Below are positions 20,630 to 31,987 of a DNA stretch of 64,000 nt, piece after piece. Under the pieces are notes generated by a model that was not told where the DNA came from, ran no database searches, and worked only from the letters and a program-made list of their open reading frames with translations. Position numbers and translations under genes: made by a program. The DNA lies in the NCBI RefSeq assembly GCF_938074695.1, contig NZ_CALJEM010000055.1, forward strand, positions 718 to 64,717, given 5' to 3'. The DNA comes from an uncultured Thermosynechococcus sp. (GTDB taxonomy: Bacteria; Cyanobacteriota; Cyanobacteriia; Thermosynechococcales; Thermosynechococcaceae). Position 1 is the stretch's first letter, and the number at the start of each line of letters is the position of its first letter.

Positions 20630-20983
20630 CTAGTCAATAATTTCACCGGTTTTTTTAAGCATCCGTACCTTACGGCCATCTTCGGTGTAGGTATAGCAGA
20701 TGCGGCTGGCAACGTTGTGCTTGGTGGAGTAGAGCATCACCTTGCAACTGTAGATCGGTGCCTCTTTGGTGATAATTTGCCCGGATTCTCCCTCTTGGCG
20801 GGGCTTGACGTGTTTGGTTTTCAGGTTCACCCCTTTGACAATCACTTGACTGGTCTTGGGGAAAACAGCAAGGACTTCACCCACTTTAGCTTTGTCCCTG
20901 CCAGCAATAACTTGGACTATGTCCCCTTTTTTCACGTGCATACGATAGCGCACAGGCTTTTTGTTTGCTTTCTTGGCCGCCAT
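20630..20983 (-). CDS. rplX: 50S ribosomal protein L24
   Basis: It has the KOW motif [20 protein letters not shown]. Confidence 0.96.
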   Translation of the reverse strand: MAAKKANKKPVRYRMHVKKGDIVQVIAGRDKAKVGEVLAVFPKTSQVIVKGVNLKTKHVKPRQEGESGQIITKEAPIYSCKVMLYSTKHNVASRICYTYTEDGRKVRMLKKTGEIID

Positions 20984-21351
20984 TAGAGTACCTCCGGTGC
21001 CAATGAAACAATTTTCGTGAAGTTTTTATCCCGCAGTTCCCGCGCCACCGGACCAAAGACACGGGTGCCGCGAGGGTTGCCATCTTGGTTAATCAAGACA
21101 GCAGCATTGTCGTCAAAGCGAATGCTCATGCCACTTTCGCGGCGAATGGTTTTGCGGGTGCGCACAATCACAGCGCGAACCACGTCGGATTTTTTCACTG
21201 CCATATTCGGGATGGCGTCTTTGACAGTGGCAATGATCACATCGCCAACACTGCCGTAGCGACGGTTGCTGCCGCCGAGGACGCGAATACAGAGGAGCTT
21301 TTTAGCGCCGCTATTATCGGCAACGTTGAGATAGGTTTCCTGTTGAATCAT
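20983..21351 (-). CDS. rplN: 50S ribosomal protein L14
   Basis: The start is trimmed to ATG 21351, giving [19 protein letters not shown] (uL14). Confidence 0.96.
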   Translation of the reverse strand: MIQQETYLNVADNSGAKKLLCIRVLGGSNRRYGSVGDVIIATVKDAIPNMAVKKSDVVRAVIVRTRKTIRRESGMSIRFDDNAAVLINQDGNPRGTRVFGPVARELRDKNFTKIVSLAPEVL

Positions 21352-21362
21352 GCTGGCTCTCC

Positions 21363-21611
21363 TTAGGCAGTGCGACGACTGAGAATCTCGGCAATGACCC
21401 AACGCTTGGTGCGACTCAGGGGACGGGTTTCCCGAATGCGCACGCGATCGCCCACTTTAGCTTCGTTGTTTTCATCATGGGCTTTGTAGCGGCGGGTTTT
21501 GACGACAATTTTGCCGTACTTAGGATGGGGGGCGCGGTTTTCGACGGCAACGACGACGGTTTTTTGCATTTTGTCGCTGACAACAATGCCAACACGTTCT
21601 TTTACTGCCAT
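21363..21611 (-). CDS. rpsQ: 30S ribosomal protein S17
   Basis: [17 protein letters not shown]...[17 protein letters not shown] is typical uS17. Confidence 0.96.
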   Translation of the reverse strand: MAVKERVGIVVSDKMQKTVVVAVENRAPHPKYGKIVVKTRRYKAHDENNEAKVGDRVRIRETRPLSRTKRWVIAEILSRRTA

Positions 21612-21823
21612 TAGCTTTGGCCTCCACTGCGGCGACGTTCATTCTCAAGGGTTAAAAGCTGTGCCAACTCATGGCGCAGATGCTTAAATTGATGGGGCTT
21701 GACCGCTTGGCGGGTAGCTTTTTTGAAGCGCAGCTCAAAGAGTTCTTTCTTAATCGCAGCAATGCGATCGCTCACCTCTTGATCACTGAGTTTTCGTAGA
21801 TCTTTCATTTTCGTCAGTGCCAT
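21611..21823 (-). CDS. rpmC: 50S ribosomal protein L29
   Basis: 70 aa containing [13 protein letters not shown] (uL29). Confidence 0.95.
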   Translation of the reverse strand: MALTKMKDLRKLSDQEVSDRIAAIKKELFELRFKKATRQAVKPHQFKHLRHELAQLLTLENERRRSGGQS

Positions 21824-21825
21824 CT

Positions 21826-22257
21826 TTAACCCTCCTGTTGTTCCTCTTCTTGATTGCGCATCAGAAAACGGGTCTTGATCGGCATTTTGTAGGCGGCAAG
21901 ACGCAGCGCTTCACGGGCAATGGCCTCCGGCACACCGGCAATTTCATACATAATGCGACCGGGCTTAACTACCGCCACCCAGTACTCCGGTGAGCCTTTC
22001 CCTGACCCCATCCGTGTTTCCGCTGGCCGCATCGTCACGGGCTTATCGGGGAAAATGCGAATCCAGATTTTGCCACCGCGGCGGATGTAGCGGGTCATGG
22101 CGCGACGGCCTGCTTCAATTTGTCGTGAGGTGATCCACGCGGGCTCAAGGGCTTGGAGGGCATAGTCGCCAAAGTGGATGGAGTTGCCACGACTGGCAAC
22201 CCCCGTCATGCGACCCCGCTGCTGTTTGCGAAATTTTGTACGCTTTGGACTTAACAT
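21826..22257 (-). CDS. rplP: 50S ribosomal protein L16
   Basis: [17 protein letters not shown] is a uL16 N-terminus. Confidence 0.97.
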   Translation of the reverse strand: MLSPKRTKFRKQQRGRMTGVASRGNSIHFGDYALQALEPAWITSRQIEAGRRAMTRYIRRGGKIWIRIFPDKPVTMRPAETRMGSGKGSPEYWVAVVKPGRIMYEIAGVPEAIAREALRLAAYKMPIKTRFLMRNQEEEQQEG

Positions 22258-22271
22258 CGCTGGCTTTCCTA

Positions 22272-22988
22272 TTAGTTAGAGCGATTTTCAAATTGGGGTA
22301 GGCGGCGTTGGGGACTGCGGCGGCTGGGTTCCCGTGTCACTGCTTCAGTTTGTCCCGGCAGGACTTCGCCTTTGAAGAGCCACACCTTCACGCCTAAAAT
22401 GCCGTAGATGGTGCGCGCTGTGCGGTAGGCGTAGTCAATGTCTGCCCGCAGGGTATGTAGGGGGACTCGCCCTTCCCGTATCCATTCAGTGCGGGCAATT
22501 TCTGCCCCATTCAGGCGACCCGCCACTTGGACTTTAATGCCCTCAACTCCCGCTCGCTGTGCCCGCTGAATCGCTTGGCGCACGACTCGGCGGAAGGCCA
22601 CCCGCCGCTCTAGTTGCTGGGTAATATATTCTGCCAAGAGACTGGCTTCAGCATCCACGCGGTTAACTTCCACCACGTTGACTTTAATGGTGCGATTACT
22701 GGGGAGCATCTGCCGCAGTTGCTTGCGCAGTTCCTCAATCCCTTGGCCGCCTTTACCAACGACCACACCGGGACGGGCGGTGCGAATTTGCAGCTCTATT
22801 TGATCTGCTTTGCGCTCGATGCGCACTTCCGCAATGCCGGCGTTGGCCAGTTGCTTGTTAATAAACGTGCGAATGCGGTGATCCTCCTGCAGTAGCTCTG
22901 GATAGCGATCGCTATTGGCGTACCAGCAGGAGCGATGTTCTTGGGTAATGCCGAGGCGAAAGCCAATTGGGTGAATCTTCTGTCCCAC
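22272..22988 (-). CDS. rpsC: 30S ribosomal protein S3
   Basis: [18 protein letters not shown] is a uS3 N-terminus. A KH domain is present. Confidence 0.97.
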   Translation of the reverse strand: MGQKIHPIGFRLGITQEHRSCWYANSDRYPELLQEDHRIRTFINKQLANAGIAEVRIERKADQIELQIRTARPGVVVGKGGQGIEELRKQLRQMLPSNRTIKVNVVEVNRVDAEASLLAEYITQQLERRVAFRRVVRQAIQRAQRAGVEGIKVQVAGRLNGAEIARTEWIREGRVPLHTLRADIDYAYRTARTIYGILGVKVWLFKGEVLPGQTEAVTREPSRRSPQRRLPQFENRSN

Positions 22989-23000
22989 GGTGGTATCCTT

Positions 23001-23369
23001 CTACGATTCGTCAGCGGTGGTTTGGGGCGCCACAGCAATGGTGATGTGGCAGGTGGGCTTGCGAATTTGGTAAGCGCGGCCTTGGGCGCGAGGACGGAAC
23101 CGCTTCAGGCAAGGGCCTTGATCGGCATAGGCTTGACTAATGACCAAGGTGGCGGGATCTAAGCCTAAATTGTGGGTGGCATTGGCCGCCGCCGATCGCA
23201 AGACCTTTGTAATCGGCTCGCAGGCACGATAGGGCATAAAGCGCAGCATAATGAGGGCATCGCGGTAGGTGCGACCCCGCAGTTGATCCAGTACCCGCCG
23301 CACCTTGTGGGGTGACATGCGGACATACTTGGCGCAGGCACGGGCAGTAGGAGAAGAGGTAGAAACCAT
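23001..23369 (-). CDS. rplV: 50S ribosomal protein L22
   Basis: [19 protein letters not shown] is a uL22 motif. Confidence 0.96.
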   Translation of the reverse strand: MVSTSSPTARACAKYVRMSPHKVRRVLDQLRGRTYRDALIMLRFMPYRACEPITKVLRSAAANATHNLGLDPATLVISQAYADQGPCLKRFRPRAQGRAYQIRKPTCHITIAVAPQTTADES

Positions 23370-23399
23370 AGACGGCTATCCCAGACGTGAACAAGAGAA

Positions 23400-23678
23400 T
23401 CATTGGCGGGCTTTTTTATCGCCCTTAGCATGACTGCGGAAGTTGCGGGTGGGAGCAAATTCCCCTAGTTTGTGACCCACCATCTGCTCAGTGATGTACA
23501 CCGGCACGTGCTGCTTGCCGTTGTGGACGGCAATCGTATGGCCAATCATTTCCGGCACAATCGTTGAGGCACGCGACCACGTTTTGATCACTTCTTTGGC
23601 ATTGCGCTCATTGAGGGCTTCAATCTTGCGTAGGAGATGATCTGCCACAAAAGGGCCTTTTTTTAACGAACGTCCCAT
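23400..23678 (-). CDS. rpsS: 30S ribosomal protein S19
   Basis: [16 protein letters not shown]...[17 protein letters not shown] is typical uS19. Confidence 0.97.
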   Translation of the reverse strand: MGRSLKKGPFVADHLLRKIEALNERNAKEVIKTWSRASTIVPEMIGHTIAVHNGKQHVPVYITEQMVGHKLGEFAPTRNFRSHAKGDKKARQ

Positions 23679-23700
23679 AACCTAACTTCTCCACAAAAAC

Positions 23701-24567
23701 CTAAAACTGACGACCATCGCGACCCCGCTTAGAAGACTTCTTGCGACGGCGCACAATGAGAGCATCGCTGAGTTTTTTCTTCTTGCGAGTTTTGTAGCCA
23801 AGGGTGGGTTTACCCCAAGGAGTGACAGGTCCCGGACGACCAATGGGGGCACGCCCTTCCCCACCACCGTGGGGGTGATCCACCGGGTTCATCGCCGAAC
23901 CGCGCACCTTCGGACGACGACCTTTCCAGCGGTTACGACCCGCTTTCCCCAAGCTGATGTTGTTTGCTTCAACATTCCCCACCTGGCCAATAGTGGCGTA
24001 GCACTCCTTACGGAAGAGCCGCACTTCACCCGAGGGAAGCTTAAGGGTCACCATATCCCCTTCTTTGGCGACCACTTGAGCCATGGCACCCGCAGCACGC
24101 ACCATTTGCGCACCACGACCGGGGGTAATTTCTACATTGTGAACGCTAGTCCCAAGTGGAATTTTGCCCAAGGGCAGGGCATTACCCACCTCAATGGGGG
24201 CATCGGGACTGGCAATAATTTCGGTGCCGGGAGTCAAATCCCGAGGATGGATGATGTAGCGTTTTTCCCCATCGCGATAGTGGAGTAGGGCAATGCGGGC
24301 ATTGCGATTGGGATCGTACTCCACAGTTGCTACTTTAGCAGGAACATTGAGCTTGCTGCTGCGGCGAAAATCAATAACTCGATAGCGACGTTTGTGGCCG
24401 CCACCCCGTCGCCGACTAGTAATCACACCGCGATTGTTGCGGCCTTTGTCCCGCTTGAAACCACGGGTCAGGGACTTTTCAGGCTTGTCGGTCGTAATTT
24501 CCGCAAAGTCAGAAACAGTTTTCTGGCGAACGCCGGGGGTATAGGGTCGGTAAACACGAATGCCCAT
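23701..24567 (-). CDS. rplB: 50S ribosomal protein L2
   Basis: [19 protein letters not shown]...[14 protein letters not shown] is typical uL2. Confidence 0.97.
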   Translation of the reverse strand: MGIRVYRPYTPGVRQKTVSDFAEITTDKPEKSLTRGFKRDKGRNNRGVITSRRRGGGHKRRYRVIDFRRSSKLNVPAKVATVEYDPNRNARIALLHYRDGEKRYIIHPRDLTPGTEIIASPDAPIEVGNALPLGKIPLGTSVHNVEITPGRGAQMVRAAGAMAQVVAKEGDMVTLKLPSGEVRLFRKECYATIGQVGNVEANNISLGKAGRNRWKGRRPKVRGSAMNPVDHPHGGGEGRAPIGRPGPVTPWGKPTLGYKTRKKKKLSDALIVRRRKKSSKRGRDGRQF

Positions 24568-24578
24568 GATCTACTCCG

Positions 24579-24881
24579 TTAAACTTCGGGGAAGAGAACG
24601 ATCTTGCTGTCGGGGGCAAGGGTGACGATCGCCCGCTTGTAACGAGGACGCTGCCCAACAAACCGACCCACGCGGCGCTCTTTTGGGGGCAGGTGATAGG
24701 TATTCACTGCCGTCACCTTGACGTTGAAGAGTTCCTCAATCGCGGCTTTGATTTGCGGCTTGGTGGCGCGCCGATCCACATCAAAGGTGTATTGGTTGTT
24801 TTCCAGTAAAACTGTGGCCTTCTCTGTGATGATGGGGCGCTTGATGAGATCCGCAAGGGCGCGGGGTTGGACTTTAGTCAC
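24579..24881 (-). CDS. rplW: 50S ribosomal protein L23
   Basis: [13 protein letters not shown] is a uL23 motif. The start is trimmed to GTG 24881, which is preceded by AGGAGG at 6-nt spacing and overlaps the rplD stop (GTGACTAA). Confidence 0.93.
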   Translation of the reverse strand: MTKVQPRALADLIKRPIITEKATVLLENNQYTFDVDRRATKPQIKAAIEELFNVKVTAVNTYHLPPKERRVGRFVGQRPRYKRAIVTLAPDSKIVLFPEV

Positions 24882-25506
24882 CGTACACCTCCTGGATTTT
24901 GGCGATCGCGCCTGTGGTAGCAACAATGCGATCGGCATAGAGTAAATCAAAAACATTCAACTGATCGGCACGCAGCAGCTTCAGGGTGGGCACATTTCGT
25001 GCCGAGAGTGCCACCATTTCGGCAACATCTTCTACCAGTAGCAGCACTTTTTGCTCTGGTTCAATGCCCCAGCGTTGCAGAGCCGTCACCAACTCCTTCG
25101 TTTTCGGACGCGGCAAATGCTCGGCAAAGTCCTGAACCACGATCAAGTCTTCAACTCGGCTCATCAGAGCTGTGCGCAGGGCAAGCCGCCGCTCCTTACG
25201 ATTCATTTTTTGGCTATAGTCGCGGGGCTTAGGACCAAAGATGACACCGCCACCCCGCCAAAGGGGAGAACGAATAGAACCGGCCCGGGCGCGCCCTGTT
25301 CCCTTTTGCCGCCAAGGCTTACGACCGCCACCGCGCACCTCTGCACGGGTTTTAGTGGAAACGGTTCCCTGACGAGCATTGGCCAACTGCCGCACAAGGG
25401 CGCGATGCACAATATGACTGGCGGTTTCAGGTTTTGCCGTCCGAAGATCAAGGGTGGCTTCGCCACTCGCGGCGCCCTGCCAGTCTTTCACTACACATAC
25501 AACCAT
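24874..25506 (-). CDS. rplD: 50S ribosomal protein L4
   Basis: The start is trimmed to ATG 25506, after the rplC stop at 25523. [20 protein letters not shown] is a uL4 motif. Confidence 0.95.
   Translation of the reverse strand: MVVCVVKDWQGAASGEATLDLRTAKPETASHIVHRALVRQLANARQGTVSTKTRAEVRGGGRKPWRQKGTGRARAGSIRSPLWRGGGVIFGPKPRDYSQKMNRKERRLALRTALMSRVEDLIVVQDFAEHLPRPKTKELVTALQRWGIEPEQKVLLLVEDVAEMVALSARNVPTLKLLRADQLNVFDLLYADRIVATTGAIAKIQEVYGD
24888..24893 (-). promoter_or_regulatory. Shine-Dalgarno (AGGAGG) for rplW, inside the 3' end of rplD
   Basis: The minus strand reads AGGAGG-TGTACG-GTG. Confidence 0.6.
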
Positions 25507-25522
25507 GACTACTCTCCAGCCC

Positions 25523-26161
25523 TTACTTGCGACCAACCACCTTGGCGGGGGTAATACTCACTAAAGCTCCGGGTTTGCCCGGTAGTGCCCCTTTAATTAG
25601 AATCAAGTTGCGCTCAGGATCAACGCGAACCACCTGCAACTTGCGGATAGTAACGGCCGTATTGCCCATGCGACCTGCCATTCGCTTGCCGGGAAAGACG
25701 CGCCCTGGATTTGTTCCTGCCCCCGTGGAACCAGGCAGGCGGTGGTTTTTGGAGCCGTGAGCCATGGGACCGCGCTTAAAATTGTGGCGTTTTTGATAAC
25801 CGGCAAAACCTCGGCCAATGCTGGTGCCGCGAACATCCACCAGCTGTCCTGGACTAAAAATATCAACGGTAATGGTCTGCCCCAATTGGTAGGCAGAGGC
25901 ATCCTCAAGGCGAAACTCCCGCAGATGGCGCATGGGGGGCGTTTGTGATTTGTTGAGGTGGCCGCGCTCCGGTCGGCTCAGGTTTTTCTCCCGCACTTCG
26001 CCATAGGCAACTTGAATCGCCGTGTAGCCGTCGGTTTGGGGGGTTTTAATTTGTGTGATCGGACACGGCCCCGCTTGTACCACCGTAATGGGGACAGATC
26101 GACCCGCCTCGTCAAAGATTTGGGTCATGCCCAACTTTGTCCCTAAAATACCAACTGTCAC
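25523..26161 (-). CDS. rplC: 50S ribosomal protein L3
   Basis: The start is trimmed to GTG 26161 (AAGGA upstream), giving (M)[15 protein letters not shown] (uL3). Confidence 0.94.
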   Translation of the reverse strand: MTVGILGTKLGMTQIFDEAGRSVPITVVQAGPCPITQIKTPQTDGYTAIQVAYGEVREKNLSRPERGHLNKSQTPPMRHLREFRLEDASAYQLGQTITVDIFSPGQLVDVRGTSIGRGFAGYQKRHNFKRGPMAHGSKNHRLPGSTGAGTNPGRVFPGKRMAGRMGNTAVTIRKLQVVRVDPERNLILIKGALPGKPGALVSITPAKVVGRK

Positions 26162-26486
26162 GATCGCGTTCCTTATAAAATACGAATCACAACAAAACAG
26201 CAAGAGGCGGCTTATAGGCTCCACCTCAGCAGATTCCTACAGTTAGGAATGGTGGATTGACCCAGCAGTTACACGGTCAAGACGATGACGCTCAGGGGGC
26301 ATCCATCGTTAATCGAGGACAGGCGCAGATAAAGGTGGCAAGGCTGTGATTGGCGGTTGCGAACACGCTGCCACCCCTGGATCCGTGGAACCATGGACTT
26401 AAGGGGATTGAGGCAATCGCACCCACTCAGTATCCGTTTTTGGTCACAAGCTCTAATCATAGATCAGTGATTGTGGGTTTGTCTAG

Positions 26487-28128
<1,642 letters not shown>

Positions 28129-28131
28129 TTA

Positions 28132-28440
28132 ATGACTATCTCCATTCCTTTCGTCGATCCCCAAACGAAAGCACCACTCGGCAAGGATGATGCTGCATAC
28201 TATCGTTGAGAGTGGCTCTGTTTATCCAATTGTCAATCACATTCCCAGATCTGTTGATTCAATGCAAAACCATACCCAAGGTTTTGGTCTGCAATGGAAT
28301 AAATCTCAAAAATACAAATAAAAATACAGATAGATGATACAGATCAAAAACAGTCTGAAACTCGATTCTTTGCAACAACAGACCGGCAGCCTGAGGAGCT
28401 TGCCGGCAAAAGTGTTTTAGCCGTCTTTAGCAATGTTCCT
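28132..28440 (+). pseudogene. 5' fragment of a SAM-dependent methyltransferase-like gene, broken by stops and a frameshift
   Basis: MTISIPFVDPQTKAPLGKDDAAYYR* is followed in another frame by ESGSVYPIVNHIPRSVDS..NHTQGFGLQWNKSQKYK*, and then by SETRFFATTDRQPEELAGKSVL. The pattern resembles the Trm112-like N-terminus plus the pre-motif-I region of class I methyltransferases. The region is AT-rich. Confidence 0.45.
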
Positions 28441-28490
28441 TTTCATGGGATAATAAAAATTGGTTGTGTCCGATCGGGAACCGAAAAGTT

Positions 28491-28922
28491 ATGAGACTAC
28501 ATCGCCTGCTCTATCTTAGTTATGCCACGGATGGTCTATCCTACCCAGACCTGCGCGACATCATGGCCAAGTCAGAGGTGAACAATGTGCGCGATGGCAT
28601 TACGGGAATCCTGTGCTACGGCAATGGGATGTTTTTGCAAACCCTAGAGGGCGATCGCCAGAAGGTGAGTGAAACCTATGCTCGCATCCTCAAAGATCCG
28701 CGCCACCACAGTGCCGAACTGATTGAATTTAAGGCAATTGAAGAGCGAACCTTTATCAACTGGTCAATGCGTCTGGTGCAATTGGGCGAAATGGACAGTG
28801 ATGCCGTTCGGCGACTGCGGTTAAAATACTCTCCAGCGGCAACCTTTCTGCCCACCTCCATGACGGCTGAACAGTGTTTCCACTTCCTAAAAGAAATCTA
28901 TCAAATGACTCAAGGAACCTAG
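28491..28922 (+). CDS. pixD: BLUF-domain blue-light photoreceptor (PixD/TePixD-like)
   Basis: The start is trimmed to ATG 28491. MRLHRLLYLSYATDGLSYPDLRDIMAKSEVNN...GMFLQTLEGD...INWSMRL is a BLUF fold with the conserved Y, Q and M/W. It is very close to my recollection of Tll0078. Confidence 0.9.
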   Translation: MRLHRLLYLSYATDGLSYPDLRDIMAKSEVNNVRDGITGILCYGNGMFLQTLEGDRQKVSETYARILKDPRHHSAELIEFKAIEERTFINWSMRLVQLGEMDSDAVRRLRLKYSPAATFLPTSMTAEQCFHFLKEIYQMTQGT

Positions 28923-28923
28923 C

Positions 28924-29421
28924 GTGACTCCTGCCCACTGGCTGGCTATTCCAGAATTGCTGCGGCTGCCTGCCCAGACCTATGCGTGGCGGGTAGATAC
29001 CGACTTTTCTGAGTTGCCAACACTCACTCCCATCCAAGGAATTGTAACCGCTACTCACCGCCACACCTACTTAGAACTGCGTGCCGATGTGCAGACAATT
29101 GTTACTCTTTGTTGCGATCGCTGTTTGCAGTACTATAACCACCGCCTTGAGTGCACGACCACAGAACTGATCTGGCTGGCGGAAACTCCAACCAGTCAGC
29201 CCGAGGATGATCTCGTGGAAACCCTGCCTGCTAACGGTCACCTTGATCTGGCCGACTGGCTCTACCAGCAACTGTGCCTTGCCCTGCCCTACCCCAAGTA
29301 CTGCGATCCCAATTGTGGCGGTATTCATCCCCCCACTCCTGCGGAAACTCCCATTGATCAACGCTGGGCGGCCTTGGCGCAACTGCAAGCGGCTCTGGAG
29401 CGGTCGGAACCATCGCCATGA
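28924..29421 (+). CDS. DUF177 / YceD-family protein
   Basis: It has a GTG start one nt after the pixD stop. CCDRCLQYY...CDPNCGG Cys pairs are typical of DUF177. Confidence 0.78.
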   Translation: MTPAHWLAIPELLRLPAQTYAWRVDTDFSELPTLTPIQGIVTATHRHTYLELRADVQTIVTLCCDRCLQYYNHRLECTTTELIWLAETPTSQPEDDLVETLPANGHLDLADWLYQQLCLALPYPKYCDPNCGGIHPPTPAETPIDQRWAALAQLQAALERSEPSP

Positions 29422-30917
29422 ATGCTCAGTCTGACCTTGAACTGTTGCTGCGGGCACGCTATCCCCTGTTGTATGTGGCCACAACAGAGGAAGAACGCCT
29501 TGAGGCGACACTGCACGCCATTAGCGATCGCCTGAATCAGCGCCCCATCTATATTTGGGATTTTGTCGAGGGGTATCAGGGCAATCCCAACGACGTGGGG
29601 GCGGCCAAGCGCAATCCCCTCAGTGCCCTTGAATTTGTTGAAAAACTACCGCCAGCAGCAGCGGCAATGGTTCTGCTGCGGGATTTTCATCGCTTTATTG
29701 AGGATGTGGCGGTCTCCCGCAAACTGCGCAACCTGGCACGGCAGCTCAAGTCCCAACCCAAAAACCTAATTCTGCTTGCGCCGACAGTGCAGTTGCCCCC
29801 AGAACTGCGGGATGTGATTACGGTGGTTGAGTTCCCCTTGCCGCAACGGGAGGAAATCCGTTGTGAACTCGTGAAGCTCTGCCAAAGCCTTGGCAATGTT
29901 CCCTCAGAACCCGTCCTCGATGAGCTAGTTCGAGCCTGTCAGGGCTTGACCCTTGAGCGAATTCGCCGCGTCATTGGTCGGATTATTGCCCTCCACGGTG
30001 TGGTGGACAACAGCCATGTGGATCTGATCTTGGAGGAGAAGCGACAAATTCTGCGGCAAACTCAAGTCCTTGAATTTTACCCCACTCAAGAGACGATTGC
30101 CGACATTGGCGGTCTGGATAATCTTAAGGAATGGTTGCTGCGGCGCGGCGGTGCCTTTTCTGAGCGGGCACGGCGCTATGGGCTACCCTATCCGCGCGGG
30201 GTGCTGCTGGTGGGAATTCAGGGCACGGGGAAGTCCCTGACAGCGAAGGCGATCGCCCACCAATGGCACTTGCCCCTGTTGCGATTGGATGTGGGCCGGC
30301 TCTTTGGGGGTCTGGTGGGGGAATCCGAAGCGCGTACCCGTGAGATGATTCAGATTGCCGAAGCCCTAGCCCCCTGTGTTCTCTGGATTGATGAGATGGA
30401 TAAAGCCTTTGCGGGCATTGATGGTCGAGGGGATGGCGGTACCAGTAGCCGCGTTTTCGGCACAATTCTCACTTGGCTGGCCGAGAAGACCTCCGCCGTT
30501 TTTGTGGTGGCGACGGCGAATAACATTCAAGTGTTGCCCCCAGAATTGCTGCGTAAGGGGCGCTTTGATGAAATCTTTTTTGTGGGGCTGCCCAATGTGG
30601 AGGAGCGGCGAGCAATTTTTGAAGTGCACCTCAGTCGCGTGCGGCGCGATCGCCTGCAAAACTACGATCTAGAGCGCCTAGCCTACGAAACCATTGACTT
30701 TTCTGGGGCTGAAATTGAGCAATGTATCATTGAAGCCATGCACCTTGCCTTTAGCCAAGATCGCGACTTTACCACCGAAGATCTCCTCCAGGCAGCCAGT
30801 GAAATTGTCCCCTTGGCACGAACCGCTCGCGAACAGGTGCAGCAGTTACAGGAATGGGCGGCCTCCGGGCGGGCACGGTTTGCCTCACGGGTCTTGTCTC
30901 CCTCCACAGGGCGTTAG
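29418..30917 (+). CDS. ycf46: AAA+ ATPase, Ycf46 family
   Basis: 499 aa with N-terminal LLLRARYPLLYVATTEEERL, Walker A GIQGTGKS, Walker B LWIDEMD and second region of homology. ATGA overlap with DUF177. Confidence 0.82.
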   Translation: MNAQSDLELLLRARYPLLYVATTEEERLEATLHAISDRLNQRPIYIWDFVEGYQGNPNDVGAAKRNPLSALEFVEKLPPAAAAMVLLRDFHRFIEDVAVSRKLRNLARQLKSQPKNLILLAPTVQLPPELRDVITVVEFPLPQREEIRCELVKLCQSLGNVPSEPVLDELVRACQGLTLERIRRVIGRIIALHGVVDNSHVDLILEEKRQILRQTQVLEFYPTQETIADIGGLDNLKEWLLRRGGAFSERARRYGLPYPRGVLLVGIQGTGKSLTAKAIAHQWHLPLLRLDVGRLFGGLVGESEARTREMIQIAEALAPCVLWIDEMDKAFAGIDGRGDGGTSSRVFGTILTWLAEKTSAVFVVATANNIQVLPPELLRKGRFDEIFFVGLPNVEERRAIFEVHLSRVRRDRLQNYDLERLAYETIDFSGAEIEQCIIEAMHLAFSQDRDFTTEDLLQAASEIVPLARTAREQVQQLQEWAASGRARFASRVLSPSTGR

Positions 30918-30928
30918 ATCATGAGATC

Positions 30929-31390
30929 ATGAAACCAGTTGTACGTGTACTGCAATGGCTTTTGGGAATCTTTTTGGGTTTCAGCTTGATTGCCCTTGTG
31001 GCCGCAGCCCTCATTACGCCCCTCGTCTTTAACTTGCTCTGGTCACCGCCGCGTCCTAATGTTGAGGCACAAAGTTCCCCAGAACCAGTAGAACCAGTGC
31101 CAAATTCAAGCAGCCCTCCCCCTGAACCGACCCCTACTCCCTCGCCGCCAACGCAGCCCGAAGGGCGGGTTATTTATGGAGACGGCTTGCGGTTGCGCGA
31201 TCGCCCCAGTCGCGAGGCCAATGCCCTAGGGGGTGTGGCCTTTGATGAAGTGGTGACCATCCTAGAGCGCAGCGAGGATGGCGAATGGCTCAAGGTTCGC
31301 ACTAAAGAGAATCTGGAAGGCTGGGTACTGGCCTTTGGGGTGCAGGAAATAACGGCTGAATCCCCTACGCCAAGCGAGACGCCCCAATAG
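30929..31390 (+). CDS. Membrane-anchored SH3 (SH3_3) domain protein
   Basis: The start is trimmed to ATG 30929. It has an N-terminal TM, a Pro-rich linker and a C-terminal bacterial SH3-like segment (LRLRDRPSREANALGGVAFDEVVTILERSEDGEWLKVR). Confidence 0.65.
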   Translation: MKPVVRVLQWLLGIFLGFSLIALVAAALITPLVFNLLWSPPRPNVEAQSSPEPVEPVPNSSSPPPEPTPTPSPPTQPEGRVIYGDGLRLRDRPSREANALGGVAFDEVVTILERSEDGEWLKVRTKENLEGWVLAFGVQEITAESPTPSETPQ

Positions 31391-31400
31391 GTCACTCTAG

Positions 31401-31835
31401 CTATTGAGAAAATTCCTGCATTTGCTGAAACGAACGGTACTCGCGATCGCCACTGAGCCATTCCACCAGGGTGATTTTCACCCGTCCGCCCACATTGGGA
31501 GTGACCAAAAACTCCGCCTCTGCCCCGCTATCAATCACCCGATTGCGCAACTGGGTGAATCCCGCTTCGAGGAGTCGTTTGCTCGGTGAGTCATAGATTT
31601 CGTAGTAGATCTGGACATTGCGTGCTGGTGTGGCCGTTTCGTTGCGCACCCGCCCCGTTAGGCGGTGGTACCAGACACCTGCAATATTCTCGCTCTGCAA
31701 TTGAACATCGGTGACTCGCACCACTTTAGGCGCTTCACGGCGGCGGGCGATCGCGGGCCTACCATCAAAAAACAAGACCCCGACACCGCTTGTCAGCAGC
31801 AGACCGCAGAGCCAAATTGCGCGTAAACCAAGCAT
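31401..31835 (-). CDS. Hypothetical secreted or anchored protein (144 aa)
   Basis: It has an N-terminal signal/anchor (LRAIWLCGLLLTSGVGVLFF). No family recognised. Confidence 0.55.
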   Translation of the reverse strand: MLGLRAIWLCGLLLTSGVGVLFFDGRPAIARRREAPKVVRVTDVQLQSENIAGVWYHRLTGRVRNETATPARNVQIYYEIYDSPSKRLLEAGFTQLRNRVIDSGAEAEFLVTPNVGGRVKITLVEWLSGDREYRSFQQMQEFSQ

Positions 31836-31987
31836 TATTCTCTACCCGATGTGACAATAATAGAGTCTAAGACGGAATATGCAGTGGGAGCGATCGCCTA
31901 GGCGGTTCCATTGACCTTGAGGATACCACCCTAGGGACTGCTGCCCGGAGTCTGTACCTGCTGGATTGGATTCACCCCACTTATCCT

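Noticed and set aside
24882-24956. The longer rplW ORF (start 24956), and likewise the long N-terminal extensions of rplN, rplD, rplC, rplM and ribH in the ORF track.
   Set aside because: The extensions overlap upstream genes, lack homology to the protein families, and internal starts align with the canonical N-termini.
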